64,000 nucleotides of DNA from Candidatus Marinacidobacterium sp. (GCA_965204755.1 OZ242011.1:2048001-2112000); one strand, 5' to 3'. Counted from the first letter of the stretch, positions 1 through 10,207 are shown. The notes: generated by a model from the sequence alone, not told the origin. Program-made: numbers and translations.

Positions 1-1085
1 GCCATCTCGAGGAAGTACCCCTCGATGAGTCGAATCACCTGGGGGTTGCCGAGTTCGCCGCGATGGTCGCGCAGGATGTCGGTGACCTCCCGAACGCCGC
101 CCTGTTCCCGGAACATGCGAAGGGCGCTCCGGACCAGCGCCGGATCGCCGTAACTGTCCAACAGCCGGCGCTCCTTGGAGCGGTTCTCGACCGTGGCGGA
201 CAGCATGTCCTGCCGAAGATCGGAGAAGCGTTCGCGGTCGTAACCCAGCCAGGCGAGTTCGAGCGCGTAGGTGCGCGTGTAGTCGTACCGGTTGGCGTAG
301 GGCGGGGAAGTGATGACCAGGTCCACCGAATCCCCCGGAAGGTCCTGGAGTCGCTCGAGACTCGAACCGAGGACCAGCGTCGGGGCGCCCCCGCCGTAGA
401 GGGTCCGGAGCGCGGGGATGTCCGCATCCATCTGCCGGAGCCGCTCGGCGAGCGCTTCGGCGAAGGGCAGGATGGTTCCCTTGTCGACGCGGGATTTCAG
501 CGGGCGGCCGGAGCGGTAATCCCACCGGAGGTACTGCCCGTCCTTGCGCGTGTAACTCACCGACTCCAGAACGCTCATGCACGCGAAGTCGAGCAGGCGG
601 GCGAGTTCGCGGTTGCGCATCGCCGCGAGGAACTGCCGCGCGCGGGCCAGGGCCGCTTCCGTCTCTTCCGGGAATGCCCGCTGCGTGATCGGGACATGGG
701 GAAAGGAATGACGGGAGGGCGCCGGGCCGCCGGCTTCCACCTGCTTCACGAGACGGGCGCCGGCGCGCCGGAAAGCGCTGCGGTCGAGACCCTTCGCGGC
801 GCGCACGATGGCTTGGGCGGCCCGCGCGCCCACGGGCATGATTTCGATACCGGTGGCGCGAAGCCCCCGTCCGGCGGCGATGAGCGGCGCCGTGCCGAGT
901 CCGGCGAAGGGATCCAGCACGGATTCCGGTTGGACTTCGGCCAACAGGCTTTCGACGAGGTCCGCGGAGAAGCCCTCCTTGTATTTCATCCACCGAAAGC
1001 CGGGGAGTCGCCGGTTCCCCTGGAAGGACACGGCCCGCCGGGTCAGGGTCGGATCCACGAAGATCCGGTCCTCGAATCTCGCCAT
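1..1085 (-). CDS. DNA amino-methyltransferase (N4-C/N6-A), 3' end truncated by window edge
   Basis: Not in the ORF track. Manual translation from ATG at 1085 gives MARFEDRIFVDPTLTRRAVSFQGNRRLPGFRWMKYKEGFS...VLDPFAGLGT (SAM-binding motif I) and later VDLVITSPPYANRYDY (catalytic SPPY motif IV). Confidence 0.88.
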   Translation of the reverse strand, partial: MARFEDRIFVDPTLTRRAVSFQGNRRLPGFRWMKYKEGFSADLVESLLAEVQPESVLDPFAGLGTAPLIAAGRGLRATGIEIMPVGARAAQAIVRAAKGLDRSAFRRAGARLVKQVEAGGPAPSRHSFPHVPITQRAFPEETEAALARARQFLAAMRNRELARLLDFACMSVLESVSYTRKDGQYLRWDYRSGRPLKSRVDKGTILPFAEALAERLRQMDADIPALRTLYGGGAPTLVLGSSLERLQDLPGDSVDLVITSPPYANRYDYTRTYALELAWLGYDRERFSDLRQDMLSATVENRSKERRLLDSYGDPALVRSALRMFREQGGVREVTDILRDHRGELGNPQVIRLIEGYFLEM

Positions 1086-1379
1086 CAACGCGCGCCGCTC
1101 CCGCGTGGCGCCGCCGTTCGGGGAGGTAACGGCCTGTCGGTAGGGGCGCAGCCGCAGCGCCGGTTCGGCGGGCGGCGCCGGAGCGCGGGGAGCGCCCGGC
1201 AGGCGCGGCGGGAGGGTGACGCCGAGCCCGGCCGCCGGCGGAATGCCCGGAAGACCGGCGGTCGGGTCGGGGAAGATCGCGTCGTGGCGCACTCGGCAGG
1301 AGGCCTCCGTCGGGGAGGCGCTGATGATGAGCAGCCCGAGCGACACATTTCGCCACCCCCCGCGGGGCGAAGCGCGCCG

Positions 1380-1910
1380 ATGCGAGACTTCCCGCCCCCC
1401 GTCGTGCCCGACCCCTCTCGTCCCCGGAAGCCGCCGCGACTGCGCAGCGTGAGGCCCGCGCCGCCGACGGAGACGGACTTCGCGGAGTTCGAGCGGGAAG
1501 TGGCCGCCGCCGAGCCCGAAGCGGTGCGGGCGGCGTCGGGAGCGGATGCGCCGCCGGCCCCGGAGCGGCCGCGGTCGGCCGCAGCCGTGCTACGCGAGGC
1601 TCAGGGCGGGCGGGAGATCGAGGGTGAGCGGTCTCTCTCGGTGCGCGGGATGACGCAGGCGCAGGCGCGTTCGCTGTTGGAGGGGTTCCTCCGGAAGATG
1701 CGCGGGGCGGGCGTTCGCTGCGTGAAGGTGATCCACGGCAAGGGGAATCGCAGCGACGGCGAGCCGGTGCTCCGGCGGAAGGTGCCGGAGTGGCTCGGCG
1801 AGTGGAAGCCGGAGTTGGTCGCCGGTTACGAACCGGTGCGCCGCGAGCGGAAGGGCGGGAGCGGAGCGCTCTTCGTCGCGCTCACCCCGCCCGCTTCCCG
1901 CGTTCCGTAG
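1380..1910 (+). CDS. Smr/MutS2 C-terminal domain protein
   Basis: C-terminal part of ORF 63..1910 reads LSVRGMT..ARSLLEGFL...VKVIHGKG...VLRRKVPEWL...GGSGALFVAL, the Smr signature. Start uncertain. Confidence 0.82.
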   Translation: MRDFPPPVVPDPSRPRKPPRLRSVRPAPPTETDFAEFEREVAAAEPEAVRAASGADAPPAPERPRSAAAVLREAQGGREIEGERSLSVRGMTQAQARSLLEGFLRKMRGAGVRCVKVIHGKGNRSDGEPVLRRKVPEWLGEWKPELVAGYEPVRRERKGGSGALFVALTPPASRVP

Positions 1911-1949
1911 GCGCCGCCGGCGTTACGGCGGCGCCGGGTCGCGTCGGCG

Positions 1950-4037
1950 TCAGTTCGCTCCCGCGGCCGTCCGGTAGCGGTCGAACCAGGCCACGATGTT
2001 CGCGACCTTCGCGATCAACTGGCTCGGGCGGCGGCTCATGTTGTGGAACGCGCCGGGCAAACGCACGACGCCCGTATCGATCCCCCGCAACTTGAGCGCG
2101 TGGAACAACTGGTAGGACTCCGACAGCGGCGTCCGCAGGTCCGCTTCGCCGGTGACGATCAGCGTCGGCGTGTTCACATTCCCGACCAGCGAGAGCGGCG
2201 AGAACTTCCAGTAGCCCTCCAGGTTATCCCACGGGAGTCCTTCGTACCGCGTATGGAAGTAACCGAACCAGTTGTCCGCCGTCAGCGTCTTGCTGATCCA
2301 GTTCACCACCGGCTTCTGCGAGACCGCGGCGCGGAAACGATCCGTCTTCCCGACGATCCACGCGGTCAGGATCCCGCCCGCGCTGCCGCCGGTGACGAAC
2401 AGGTTCTCCTCGTCGACATAACCACGCGCGATTACCGCGTCCACGCCCGACATCAGGTCGTCGTAGTCCTCGCCCGGATAGTTGTGGTAGAGGAGATCGC
2501 CGAACTCCTCGCCGTAGCCGGTGCTGCCGCGCGGGTTGGCGTAGAGGACGACATACCCGGCGGCCGCCATCAACTGCATCTCCGCCGAGAAGCGGTCGCC
2601 GTAGTTGGAGATCGGGCCGCCGTGGATCTCGAGGATCAGCGGATACCGCCGGCCCGGATCGAAGTCCGGCGGCTTGACGATCCAGCCCTGGATCGGCCGG
2701 CCGTCGAACGAGGAATCCCACCAGATCTCTTCGACTTCGCCCAGCATCTTGCCGGCGAGCAGGTCGTCGTTGAGCGAAGTGACGCGGCGCAATTCGCTTC
2801 CCGGCCTTCCGACCGCCACTTCGCCGGGGGAATCCGGTCGGGTCCGGTTGAGCGCGAAGGAACCGTCCTCCGCCACCGAGAACGAACCGCCGCCGTACGG
2901 CCGGCCGTACTGCGCGCCGAGGTCCGCCGCGAGCGCCTCCACCCGGCCGTCCAGCGTGGTGAAACCGATCTTGGTGTTGCCTTCGTCGTCGTACTGGAAG
3001 TAGAGGACGCTGCCGTCAGCCGCCCACACCGGGCTCGACACGCTGCGGTCGAGGTCGGCGGTCAGCACGCTCCGCTCGCTCCCGTCGAGGCGCATGACTT
3101 CCAGCCGGGCGACCTGGTAGGTGCGCATCCTGTCTTCGAACGAAACGAACGCGATCCGTTCCCCGTCGGGCGACACCGCCGGGCTCCGGTCCGGGCCGCT
3201 GCGGTCGGTGAGCCGCCGAACCTCGCCGCCCCCGACCGGCGCCGAGTAGATCTCCGTGTTGCGGAAGTCGCGCTCCCAGTCCGCGCTCCGGTTCGCGGCG
3301 AACACCAGGCGCCGGCCGTCCGGCGTCCACGAGGCCGGGTTCGGATGGTGGAAGTCGCCGGCGGTGACCTGCACCGGCGTCCCGCCCTCCGCCGAAACCA
3401 CGAAGAGGTGCGCGTACCCGAAGTCGAGGTATCCCACGCCGTCCTGCCGGTTCCGGAAGCGGTCCTCCAGGATCGGCGGGTCGGCCCACTCCGCTCCCGG
3501 CGGCGGCTTCGGCGGGTCGGCGATGCGCGGCGGCGGGTAGGGGACGAGCATGTTGAAGGCGATCGAGCGGCCGTCCGGCGACCAGCGGATCCCCCGGGGC
3601 GATTCGGTGAGTTGCGTGATCGCCGCGGTCTCGCCGGTATCCATCCAGCGCACCCGGATCTGTCCGCCGGAGGTGAACGCGATCCGCGTCCCGTCCGGCG
3701 ACCAGCGCGGCGACGAGCCGGCCCCGACGCGCCGGTGCCCGCTCCCGTCGGCGTTCACCAGCCACAGTTCCGACCGCTGGCGGTCGCGCATGAGGTCCAT
3801 CGAGGTGCGGACATAGACGACCCGGCCGCCGTCCGGCGAGATCTGCGGGTCCTCCGGGAACTCGATCTGGAAGACATCCATCGGCGCGAACGGCGTCTTC
3901 GCGGGGCCTTCCTGCGCCGCAGCGTCGGCGAGCGTCGGAAGCGCCGCCGACGCCAGCGCGGCGGCGAAGACGACGGCCGCGGCCCGGACGAGCGAAGACG
4001 CGGGCGAACGGTGGAGGCGGAGCGGGTCGGGATGCAT
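1950..4037 (-). CDS. S9 family serine peptidase (acylaminoacyl/dipeptidyl peptidase) with PD40 beta-propeller
   Basis: Signal peptide, repeated WSPDG motifs, IHGGP, NPRGSTGYG, nucleophile GGSAGG, GEADLR and the His motif. Confidence 0.93.
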   Translation of the reverse strand: MHPDPLRLHRSPASSLVRAAAVVFAAALASAALPTLADAAAQEGPAKTPFAPMDVFQIEFPEDPQISPDGGRVVYVRTSMDLMRDRQRSELWLVNADGSGHRRVGAGSSPRWSPDGTRIAFTSGGQIRVRWMDTGETAAITQLTESPRGIRWSPDGRSIAFNMLVPYPPPRIADPPKPPPGAEWADPPILEDRFRNRQDGVGYLDFGYAHLFVVSAEGGTPVQVTAGDFHHPNPASWTPDGRRLVFAANRSADWERDFRNTEIYSAPVGGGEVRRLTDRSGPDRSPAVSPDGERIAFVSFEDRMRTYQVARLEVMRLDGSERSVLTADLDRSVSSPVWAADGSVLYFQYDDEGNTKIGFTTLDGRVEALAADLGAQYGRPYGGGSFSVAEDGSFALNRTRPDSPGEVAVGRPGSELRRVTSLNDDLLAGKMLGEVEEIWWDSSFDGRPIQGWIVKPPDFDPGRRYPLILEIHGGPISNYGDRFSAEMQLMAAAGYVVLYANPRGSTGYGEEFGDLLYHNYPGEDYDDLMSGVDAVIARGYVDEENLFVTGGSAGGILTAWIVGKTDRFRAAVSQKPVVNWISKTLTADNWFGYFHTRYEGLPWDNLEGYWKFSPLSLVGNVNTPTLIVTGEADLRTPLSESYQLFHALKLRGIDTGVVRLPGAFHNMSRRPSQLIAKVANIVAWFDRYRTAAGAN

Positions 4038-4164
4038 CGGGGACTCCTCGATTCGGTGGGAAAGAGCGGCCGGTCAAGTTACCAGAGCGGCGCCGCGCCG
4101 CATATGGACGGCCGAGGCCCTCCGCCGGCCGCTCCCGGCCGACCGCCGGCCGGCGGGCCGGACT

Positions 4165-4476
4165 TCAGCGCCCGCCGGCGGCCTGCTCGAGACGCCAGCG
4201 GGCGGCGTCCCGGTCATCGTCGGTGAACAGCGACCGGAACCGTTCTTCGTTGGCCACCAGGTGTTCGATCGAGAGGTTGAGCCGCTTCATCGCCGCGAGC
4301 CTCCTCAGCCCGCTTTGGAGGTCGCCGCTGCGGACGAGTTGCTTGGCGTACCGAACCGCGTCCCTCTCGTCCAGGACCATGAGGAACCGGGTCGGGTAGT
4401 ACCCCAACCCGGCGGACTCGGCGCACGACGCGCGCATCGCCTGCTCGAACTCCCGCCCCAGCCGCTCCGAGTCCAT
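4165..4476 (-). CDS. Small conserved hypothetical protein (103 aa)
   Basis: Protein-like composition; the pattern GYYPTRFL..LD....V..AKQLV...SGL..L....RL.LSIE.LV....RF..LFTDD.R..AR.RL resembles a recurring uncharacterised helical domain. Confidence 0.7.
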   Translation of the reverse strand: MDSERLGREFEQAMRASCAESAGLGYYPTRFLMVLDERDAVRYAKQLVRSGDLQSGLRRLAAMKRLNLSIEHLVANEERFRSLFTDDDRDAARWRLEQAAGGR

Positions 4477-4566
4477 TTCCCGCCCCCCGGCAATCGTAGG
4501 GGATCACCGCCCGGCGGCCCGGGCGCCGCGCCGCTTCCCGGCGGCCGCGCCTAGAATTCGCCGCCC

Positions 4567-5973
4567 ATGAGCGAAGACACCCGCCGGTTCCTCGACCGCT
4601 TCTGGGAGGACGAGATCCTCCCCAGCCTCACCGCCTACATCGCGGTTCCCAATGTCTCCGTGATGTTCGACGCGGACTGGGAAGCCCACGGGCACATGGA
4701 GCAGGCCCTCGAAATGGGCCGGGCCTTCATGCAAAAGCACGCCCCCGAAGGCGCCGCCCTCCATGTGGGCCGCATTCCCGGACGCACGCCGCTGCTGCTC
4801 CTCGACTGCCCCGGCGACGCCGAAGGAACGATCCTCATGTACGGCCACCTCGACAAGCAGCCGGAGATGGTCGGCTGGCGGGACGGGCTCGGCCCCTGGA
4901 CTCCCGTGCGCGACGGCGACCGCCTCTACGGCCGGGGCGGCGCCGACGACGGCTACGCGCTCTACGCCGCGCTGGCCGCGCTCAAGGCGGTCGCCCGCGA
5001 GGGCAAACCCCGCGCGCGGGTCGTCCTGCTGGTGGAGTTCTCCGAGGAGAGCGGCTCCCCGGACCTCCCGGCGTACATGGAGCACTTCGCGGAAGTCATC
5101 GGCCGCCCCGACCTGGTCATCTGCCTCGACTCCGGCGCCGGCAACTACGACCAGTTGTGGTCCACCACTTCGCTGCGCGGCATGGTCGGCGGGACGCTCC
5201 GCGCCGAAGTGCTCACCGAGGGCGTCCATTCCGGCGACGCCGGGGGAGTCGTGCCGCCGCCGTTCCTGGTGCTGCGCAAACTCCTCGACCGGATCGAACA
5301 CCCGGAAACCGACCGCGTCGTCCCCGACGCGCTCCACGCGGAAATCCCCGAAGAGCGCGCCGAGCAGGCCCGCGCCGCCGCCGAAGCGCTCGGCGAAGAC
5401 CTGTTCTCCCGATTCCCCTGGGCCGGGAACACCGGGCCGGCCCCCGGCAAGAGCGCCGCCGAACTCATCCTGAACCGCACCTGGCGCCCGACGATGGCGG
5501 TAACCGGGCAGGGCGGGTTGCCGCCGCTGGAGAAGGCGGGGAATGTCCTCCTGCCGCAGGTCACGCTGAACCTGTCGATCCGCCTGCCGCCCACGGTGTC
5601 GCCGAAGGCGGCGCAACAGGCGCTTCGCGAAGCCGTCGAAGACCCGCCGTTCGGCGCGAAGGTGACGCTCGACTTCCACGAACCCGCCGCCGGCTGGAAC
5701 GCCCCGCCGCTCGCGCCGTGGCTCGGCGAGGCGCTGCGCGACGCTTCGATGGGCGCCTTCGGCAAACCGGCGATGTTCATGGGCGAGGGCGGCTCGATCC
5801 CGTTCATGGCGATGCTCGGCGAGCGCTTCCCGGAGGCGCAGTTCGTGGTTACCGGCGTCCTCGGCCCGCAGTCGAACGCCCACGGCCCGAACGAGTTCCT
5901 GCACATCGCCTACGCGAAGCGGCTCACGGAAGCCGTCGCCACCGTCGTCGCCCGCCACGCCGTCCGCGGCTGA
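4567..5973 (+). CDS. M20/M25/M40 family metallo-dipeptidase
   Basis: YGHLDKQP, LYGRGGADDG, EESGS, GGSIPF and NAHGPNE motifs. Confidence 0.93.
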   Translation: MSEDTRRFLDRFWEDEILPSLTAYIAVPNVSVMFDADWEAHGHMEQALEMGRAFMQKHAPEGAALHVGRIPGRTPLLLLDCPGDAEGTILMYGHLDKQPEMVGWRDGLGPWTPVRDGDRLYGRGGADDGYALYAALAALKAVAREGKPRARVVLLVEFSEESGSPDLPAYMEHFAEVIGRPDLVICLDSGAGNYDQLWSTTSLRGMVGGTLRAEVLTEGVHSGDAGGVVPPPFLVLRKLLDRIEHPETDRVVPDALHAEIPEERAEQARAAAEALGEDLFSRFPWAGNTGPAPGKSAAELILNRTWRPTMAVTGQGGLPPLEKAGNVLLPQVTLNLSIRLPPTVSPKAAQQALREAVEDPPFGAKVTLDFHEPAAGWNAPPLAPWLGEALRDASMGAFGKPAMFMGEGGSIPFMAMLGERFPEAQFVVTGVLGPQSNAHGPNEFLHIAYAKRLTEAVATVVARHAVRG

Positions 5974-6019
5974 GGGCGCCGGCGCCGCTCCGCGGGATCG
6001 GCGCCGCTCCGCAGCGCCG

Positions 6020-6487
6020 GTGATGGCCGCGGCGAAACCCGTCCTGCTCTCCGGCGGGAACCCGCAGATCGCGAAGGCCGACGGCGACGCCCCGGTGCAG
6101 GCGTACATCGCGGCCATGCCCGGCTGGAAGAGCGAAGTCGGACGCCGCCTCGACGAGATCGTCATGCGGAACGCGCCCGGAGCGACCAAGGCCGTCCGTT
6201 GGAACTCGCCGTTCTACGGAAACGAGGGCCGCGGCTGGTTCGCGTCGTTCCATGTCTTCACCCGCTTCGTCCGGATGACCTTCTTCGCGGGGGCGTCGCT
6301 GCACCCGCCGCCGCCCGGCGCGGGCAAGGACGCCGCCGCGCGCTGGGTGGACCTCTACGAGGACGCCGGCCTCGACGAAGAGCGGATGGCGAACTGGGTT
6401 CGCCAGGCGGCCGCGCTGCCCGGCTGGGGAAAGGTCCCGCCGGCGGAGGGCGGCGGCGGTCGGCCCGGGCGCCGCCGGGCTTCGTAA
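6020..6487 (+). CDS. DUF1801 (YdhG-like) domain protein
   Basis: LLSGGNPQIAKADGDAPVQAYIAAMPGWK...KAVRWNSPFYG...FF.GASL.PPPP is typical of the family. Confidence 0.85.
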   Translation: MMAAAKPVLLSGGNPQIAKADGDAPVQAYIAAMPGWKSEVGRRLDEIVMRNAPGATKAVRWNSPFYGNEGRGWFASFHVFTRFVRMTFFAGASLHPPPPGAGKDAAARWVDLYEDAGLDEERMANWVRQAAALPGWGKVPPAEGGGGRPGRRRAS

Positions 6488-6613
6488 CGCCTTCGCCGCC
6501 TTCGTCACCCCTCGCGTCGGGCCGCTCCGCGCGGGTGATGTAATTGCCGCGGTCGGCGGCGCGCCCGCATTCCGCGGCGGCCGGCCGTCCCGAAACCGCC
6601 GGAGGAAACCGCA

Positions 6614-7879
6614 ATGCCAGCAACCCCGAAAACCCGCAGCGCCGCTGCCGGCGCCGCTCTCGCCCTCGCCTTCCTGACCCTCGGCTGTCCGGCCCCCGAG
6701 CCGACCTCGAACGCCCTCGTCTTCGAAGGCATGCGCATCATCGTCGGCGACGGAAGCGCGCCGATCGAGAACGGCGTCTTCGTCGTCGAAGAGGACCGCT
6801 TCCTCGCCGCCGGCGCCGCCGGCCAGGTCGAAACGCCGCCCGGCGCGCACCGCATAGATCTGACCGGCCGCACGGTGATCCCCGCGCTGCTGGACACCCA
6901 TGTCCACCTCTCCGTCCCGCGCGAGGAACTGATCGACGACCTGCACCGCCGCGCCTACTACGGCGTCGGCGCCGCGCTGAGTCTGGGCCACGACGACGGC
7001 GACGCCGCCCTCGAGGTGAGAGCCGAACCGATCCGCGGCGCGGCGCGCGCGATGACCGCCGGGCGCGGCATCACCCGCCCCGAACCGGGCCGCTCCGAGG
7101 CGCCCTACTGGGTGGACACCGAGGAAGAAGCCCGCGCCGCGGTGCGCGAACTCGCCGAGAAGCAAGTGGACATCGTGAAGATCTGGGTGGACGACCGCGG
7201 CGGCCGATACGAGAAGATGACTCCCGAACTCTACGGAGCGGTCATAGACGAAGCTCACACGCAAGGCCTGCGCGTCACCGCCCACATCTACACGCTGGAA
7301 GACGCCAAGGGACTGCTCCGCGCCGGCGTGGACTCCTTCGCCCACGGCGTGCGCGACATGGAAGTGGACGACGAGTTCGTGGAGTTGGTCCGCGAACGCC
7401 CGGAAGTGGTGCTGGTTCCCAACATGGGAAGCCGCGGCGTCCTCGAGGATCTCGGCTGGCTCTCCGGGACGATCGGGCCGGACGAACTCGCCGAGTTGCA
7501 GGCGGGTTACCAAGATCGCCCGGAAGCCCAGGCGCGCCACGCCATCGAGGCCGCCAACCTCGCGCGGCTCCACGCCGAAGGAATGAAGATCGCCCTCGGC
7601 ACCGACGGCAACGCCGGCTGGCGCCCCCACATAGAAATGGCGGACATGGTGGCCGCCGGCCTGACCCCGCACGAAGTCCTGGTGTCCGCAACCAGCAGCG
7701 CCGCCGAGTTCCTGCGCCTCGACGACATGGGCACGATCGCCGCCGGCAAGAGCGCCGACTTCGTGGTCCTGGAGGGCAACCCCCTCGATGACATCACCAA
7801 CACCCGCCGCATCGAGTCCGTATACCTACGCGGCAAACCGGTGGACCGCGAGGTGATGAGCGCCAACTGGCTCCGGTAG
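6614..7879 (+). CDS. Amidohydrolase family lipoprotein
   Basis: Lipobox-like LTLGC; PALLDTHVH, VTAH, LGTD and GTIAAGKSADFVVL motifs. Confidence 0.9.
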   Translation: MPATPKTRSAAAGAALALAFLTLGCPAPEPTSNALVFEGMRIIVGDGSAPIENGVFVVEEDRFLAAGAAGQVETPPGAHRIDLTGRTVIPALLDTHVHLSVPREELIDDLHRRAYYGVGAALSLGHDDGDAALEVRAEPIRGAARAMTAGRGITRPEPGRSEAPYWVDTEEEARAAVRELAEKQVDIVKIWVDDRGGRYEKMTPELYGAVIDEAHTQGLRVTAHIYTLEDAKGLLRAGVDSFAHGVRDMEVDDEFVELVRERPEVVLVPNMGSRGVLEDLGWLSGTIGPDELAELQAGYQDRPEAQARHAIEAANLARLHAEGMKIALGTDGNAGWRPHIEMADMVAAGLTPHEVLVSATSSAAEFLRLDDMGTIAAGKSADFVVLEGNPLDDITNTRRIESVYLRGKPVDREVMSANWLR

Positions 7880-7939
7880 GCCGACTCCGGCGAACTGGCC
7901 AACGGCTTCAACACAACCACTACGACGAAGGAGAACTTC

Positions 7940-8218
7940 ATGGGACTGCACGATCGCATTCGCGAGCACCTGAAGGAGAACAGGGACTCGCTTCTTCAAC
8001 TTCAAGGCGACGGACGGTTCGCTATCCGCGCCGGGGATGTCGCCGACAGTATGGATCTGCGTAATCGAATGCCGAGCATCTGCAATGTCCTGGCTGGCGA
8101 GAACTACCAAGAACAGGCGGGGCTCACACTCGTTGATCGAGAAGTGCCACCATCAGGGTACGGAAGAACGGCCACCTTCTTCTATGTGCCGCGCGGCTCC
8201 GGTCGCGGCTATCGGTGA
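7940..8218 (+). CDS. Small hypothetical protein, probable winged-helix DNA-binding domain
   Basis: RBS AAGGAGA upstream; IRAGDVADSMDLRNRMPSICNVL helix-turn-helix-like segment; its stop overlaps the next GTG (GTGA). Confidence 0.65.
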   Translation: MGLHDRIREHLKENRDSLLQLQGDGRFAIRAGDVADSMDLRNRMPSICNVLAGENYQEQAGLTLVDREVPPSGYGRTATFFYVPRGSGRGYR

Positions 8219-8712
8219 CGCCTTCGGCACTGCTGCGGGAAGTCGTGCCGCGGACCGAATCGGCTTCGCTACCTGCAGCGGACCTCTGCCTCGTCTCGTG
8301 CGGTCGCCGGAAGGTTCAGAATGCTGTCCCGGCGAAGGATCTCTACTGCTCCCCTCAGTTTCGCAAGACGCGGGAACTCGTGGAGAGTCAGGGTTGGCCT
8401 TGGTTCATCCTCTCGGCGAAGCACGGGTTGTTGGACCCGGAGCGGATGACCGAGCCCTACGACAAGACACTCAACACCATGAGTGCAGCGGAACGAAGGG
8501 AATGGGCGGAGACCGTCATGGACGCCCTTCACCCGCGCTTGGCCCGGGTGCGCGTGGTCGTCATCTTCGCCGGTGAGGTTTACCGGAAGTACTTGGAGCC
8601 GGAACTGCGTCGCCGAGGCATCGAAATCCAAGTGCCGATGGAAGGACTGCGCCAAGGGGAACAGTTGGCATGGCTGAGTGCGCAGTTGGCCCGACTCAAA
8701 AAACCGAGATGA
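8215..8712 (+). CDS. DUF6884-like protein, copy A
   Basis: LVSCGRRK....PAKDLYCSPQFRK...WFILSAKHGLL.P....PYDKTL pattern; TGA overlaps the ATG of the next gene. Confidence 0.75.
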   Translation: MTPSALLREVVPRTESASLPAADLCLVSCGRRKVQNAVPAKDLYCSPQFRKTRELVESQGWPWFILSAKHGLLDPERMTEPYDKTLNTMSAAERREWAETVMDALHPRLARVRVVVIFAGEVYRKYLEPELRRRGIEIQVPMEGLRQGEQLAWLSAQLARLKKPR

Positions 8713-9464
8713 GATTCGTGCACCGCGCCGACACGGGCCGCTTCTACTCGCTGCTGGCGCAGATCCAGGAGAAAGTCGGCGGGCGTCGTCGCCTCGCCGA
8801 GTGCGACGGCGGAATGGACTGGCCCGAGCGAGGCGTGTACTTCTTCTTCGAGCCCGGAGAGCGCAGGAGAGATTCCGAGGACGGCGACCGCATAGTGCGC
8901 GTCGGCACCCACGCCCTGAAGACCGGAGCGGTGTCAACCCTGTGGAAGCGGCTCGACCAGCACCGCGGTCGCGCCGGCGCCGGCGTAGGAAGCCATCGCT
9001 CCTCCGTCTTCCGCGGCTTGGTGGGTCGGGCCTTGGCTGCTCGCGGTGACTGCGAACTTCCCCCGACTTGGAGATCGGCGAACGAAGACCCGCGAACCAA
9101 GAACGGCATGACCAGCGCGGTGGCCCGCCGGTTCGGCCTGACCCGCGCGGAAGTGTTGGCGAGCGAGGCGGACCTGGAAGGGCGTGTCAGCGACTACATC
9201 GGCCGGATGCCGTTCCTCTGGCTCGGCGTCCCCGACGCCGCGGGGCCGGAGAGCGCGCGCGGCCGCGTCGAGCGCGGCGCTATCGGTCTCCTGAGCCACT
9301 ACTCGACGCCGGCGGAGGACCCGCCCTCCGTGCACTGGCTCGGCCACCACAGCGACCGCGAGCGCATCCGCGAGTCGGGTCTCTGGAACAGCCAGCATGT
9401 GGACAAGCCCTACGACCCGGCGTTCCTCGACGAAATGGAGCGACTCATCGCCGCATGGCTGTAA
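8709..9464 (+). CDS. GIY-YIG-like nuclease paralog 1
   Basis: ATGA overlap with the upstream gene; WPERGVYFFFEPGE...VRVGTH...LWKRLDQH...SVFRGLVG...VERGAI...SGLWN. Confidence 0.7.
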   Translation: MRFVHRADTGRFYSLLAQIQEKVGGRRRLAECDGGMDWPERGVYFFFEPGERRRDSEDGDRIVRVGTHALKTGAVSTLWKRLDQHRGRAGAGVGSHRSSVFRGLVGRALAARGDCELPPTWRSANEDPRTKNGMTSAVARRFGLTRAEVLASEADLEGRVSDYIGRMPFLWLGVPDAAGPESARGRVERGAIGLLSHYSTPAEDPPSVHWLGHHSDRERIRESGLWNSQHVDKPYDPAFLDEMERLIAAWL

Positions 9465-10207
9465 AACGCCGGCTCGCCGACACCGCACGCTTCTACGCGC
9501 TGCTGGCTCACATCGAAGAGAAGGTCGGCGGGCGCCGTCGGCTTGCGGAGTGCGATGGTCGAATGCACTGGCCCAGGCGCGGCGTGTACTTCTTCTTCGA
9601 GCCCGGCGAGCGCCGGAGCCTCTCCGGCGAGGGCGACCGCGTGGTGCGCGTCGGTACTCACACCGGATCGAAGACAAAACTCTGGAGTCGGCTCAGCACG
9701 CACCGCGGCCCCACCAAGACCGGCTTGGGCACCCATCGTAACTCTGTCTTTCGCGGTTTGATCGGTCGGGCGCTGGCCTATCGCGGCGACTGCGAACTTC
9801 CGCCTACTTGGAGGCGGGCTAACAACGACCGGCGAACGAAGACCGGAACGATCAACGCGGTCGCGCGCCGATTCGGTATGACCAAAGAGCAAGTAGAGAG
9901 CAGCGAGGAGGACCTGGAGCGGCGGGTGAGCAACTACATCGGCCGAATGCCCCTCCTCTGGCTCAGCGTGCCCGACCCTCCGGGACGCGGCAACGAGCGC
10001 CGCCTCCGCATCGAACGGAATGCCATCGCGCTCCTGAGCGCTTACGCCCTCCGGGCGCTCGACCCGCCGTCCGCCAACTGGCTCGGAAACCACAGCGAAC
10101 ACGAGGACATCCGCGAATCGGGTCTCTGGAACAGCAAACATGTGGACGAGCCCTACGACCCGGCGTTTCTCAACGAGATGGAAGACCTCATCGCCGCTTG
10201 GCCATAA
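9455..10207 (+). CDS. GIY-YIG-like nuclease paralog 2
   Basis: ATG at 9455 overlaps the end of paralog 1; same motifs (RGVYFFFEPGE, RVGTH, LWSRLSTH, IERNAI, SGLWN). Confidence 0.7.
   Translation: MAVKRRLADTARFYALLAHIEEKVGGRRRLAECDGRMHWPRRGVYFFFEPGERRSLSGEGDRVVRVGTHTGSKTKLWSRLSTHRGPTKTGLGTHRNSVFRGLIGRALAYRGDCELPPTWRRANNDRRTKTGTINAVARRFGMTKEQVESSEEDLERRVSNYIGRMPLLWLSVPDPPGRGNERRLRIERNAIALLSAYALRALDPPSANWLGNHSEHEDIRESGLWNSKHVDEPYDPAFLNEMEDLIAAWP

Noticed and set aside
63-1379. N-terminal ~440 aa of the 615-aa plus-strand ORF
   Set aside because: Mostly the antisense shadow of the methyltransferase gene; only the Smr part is credible.
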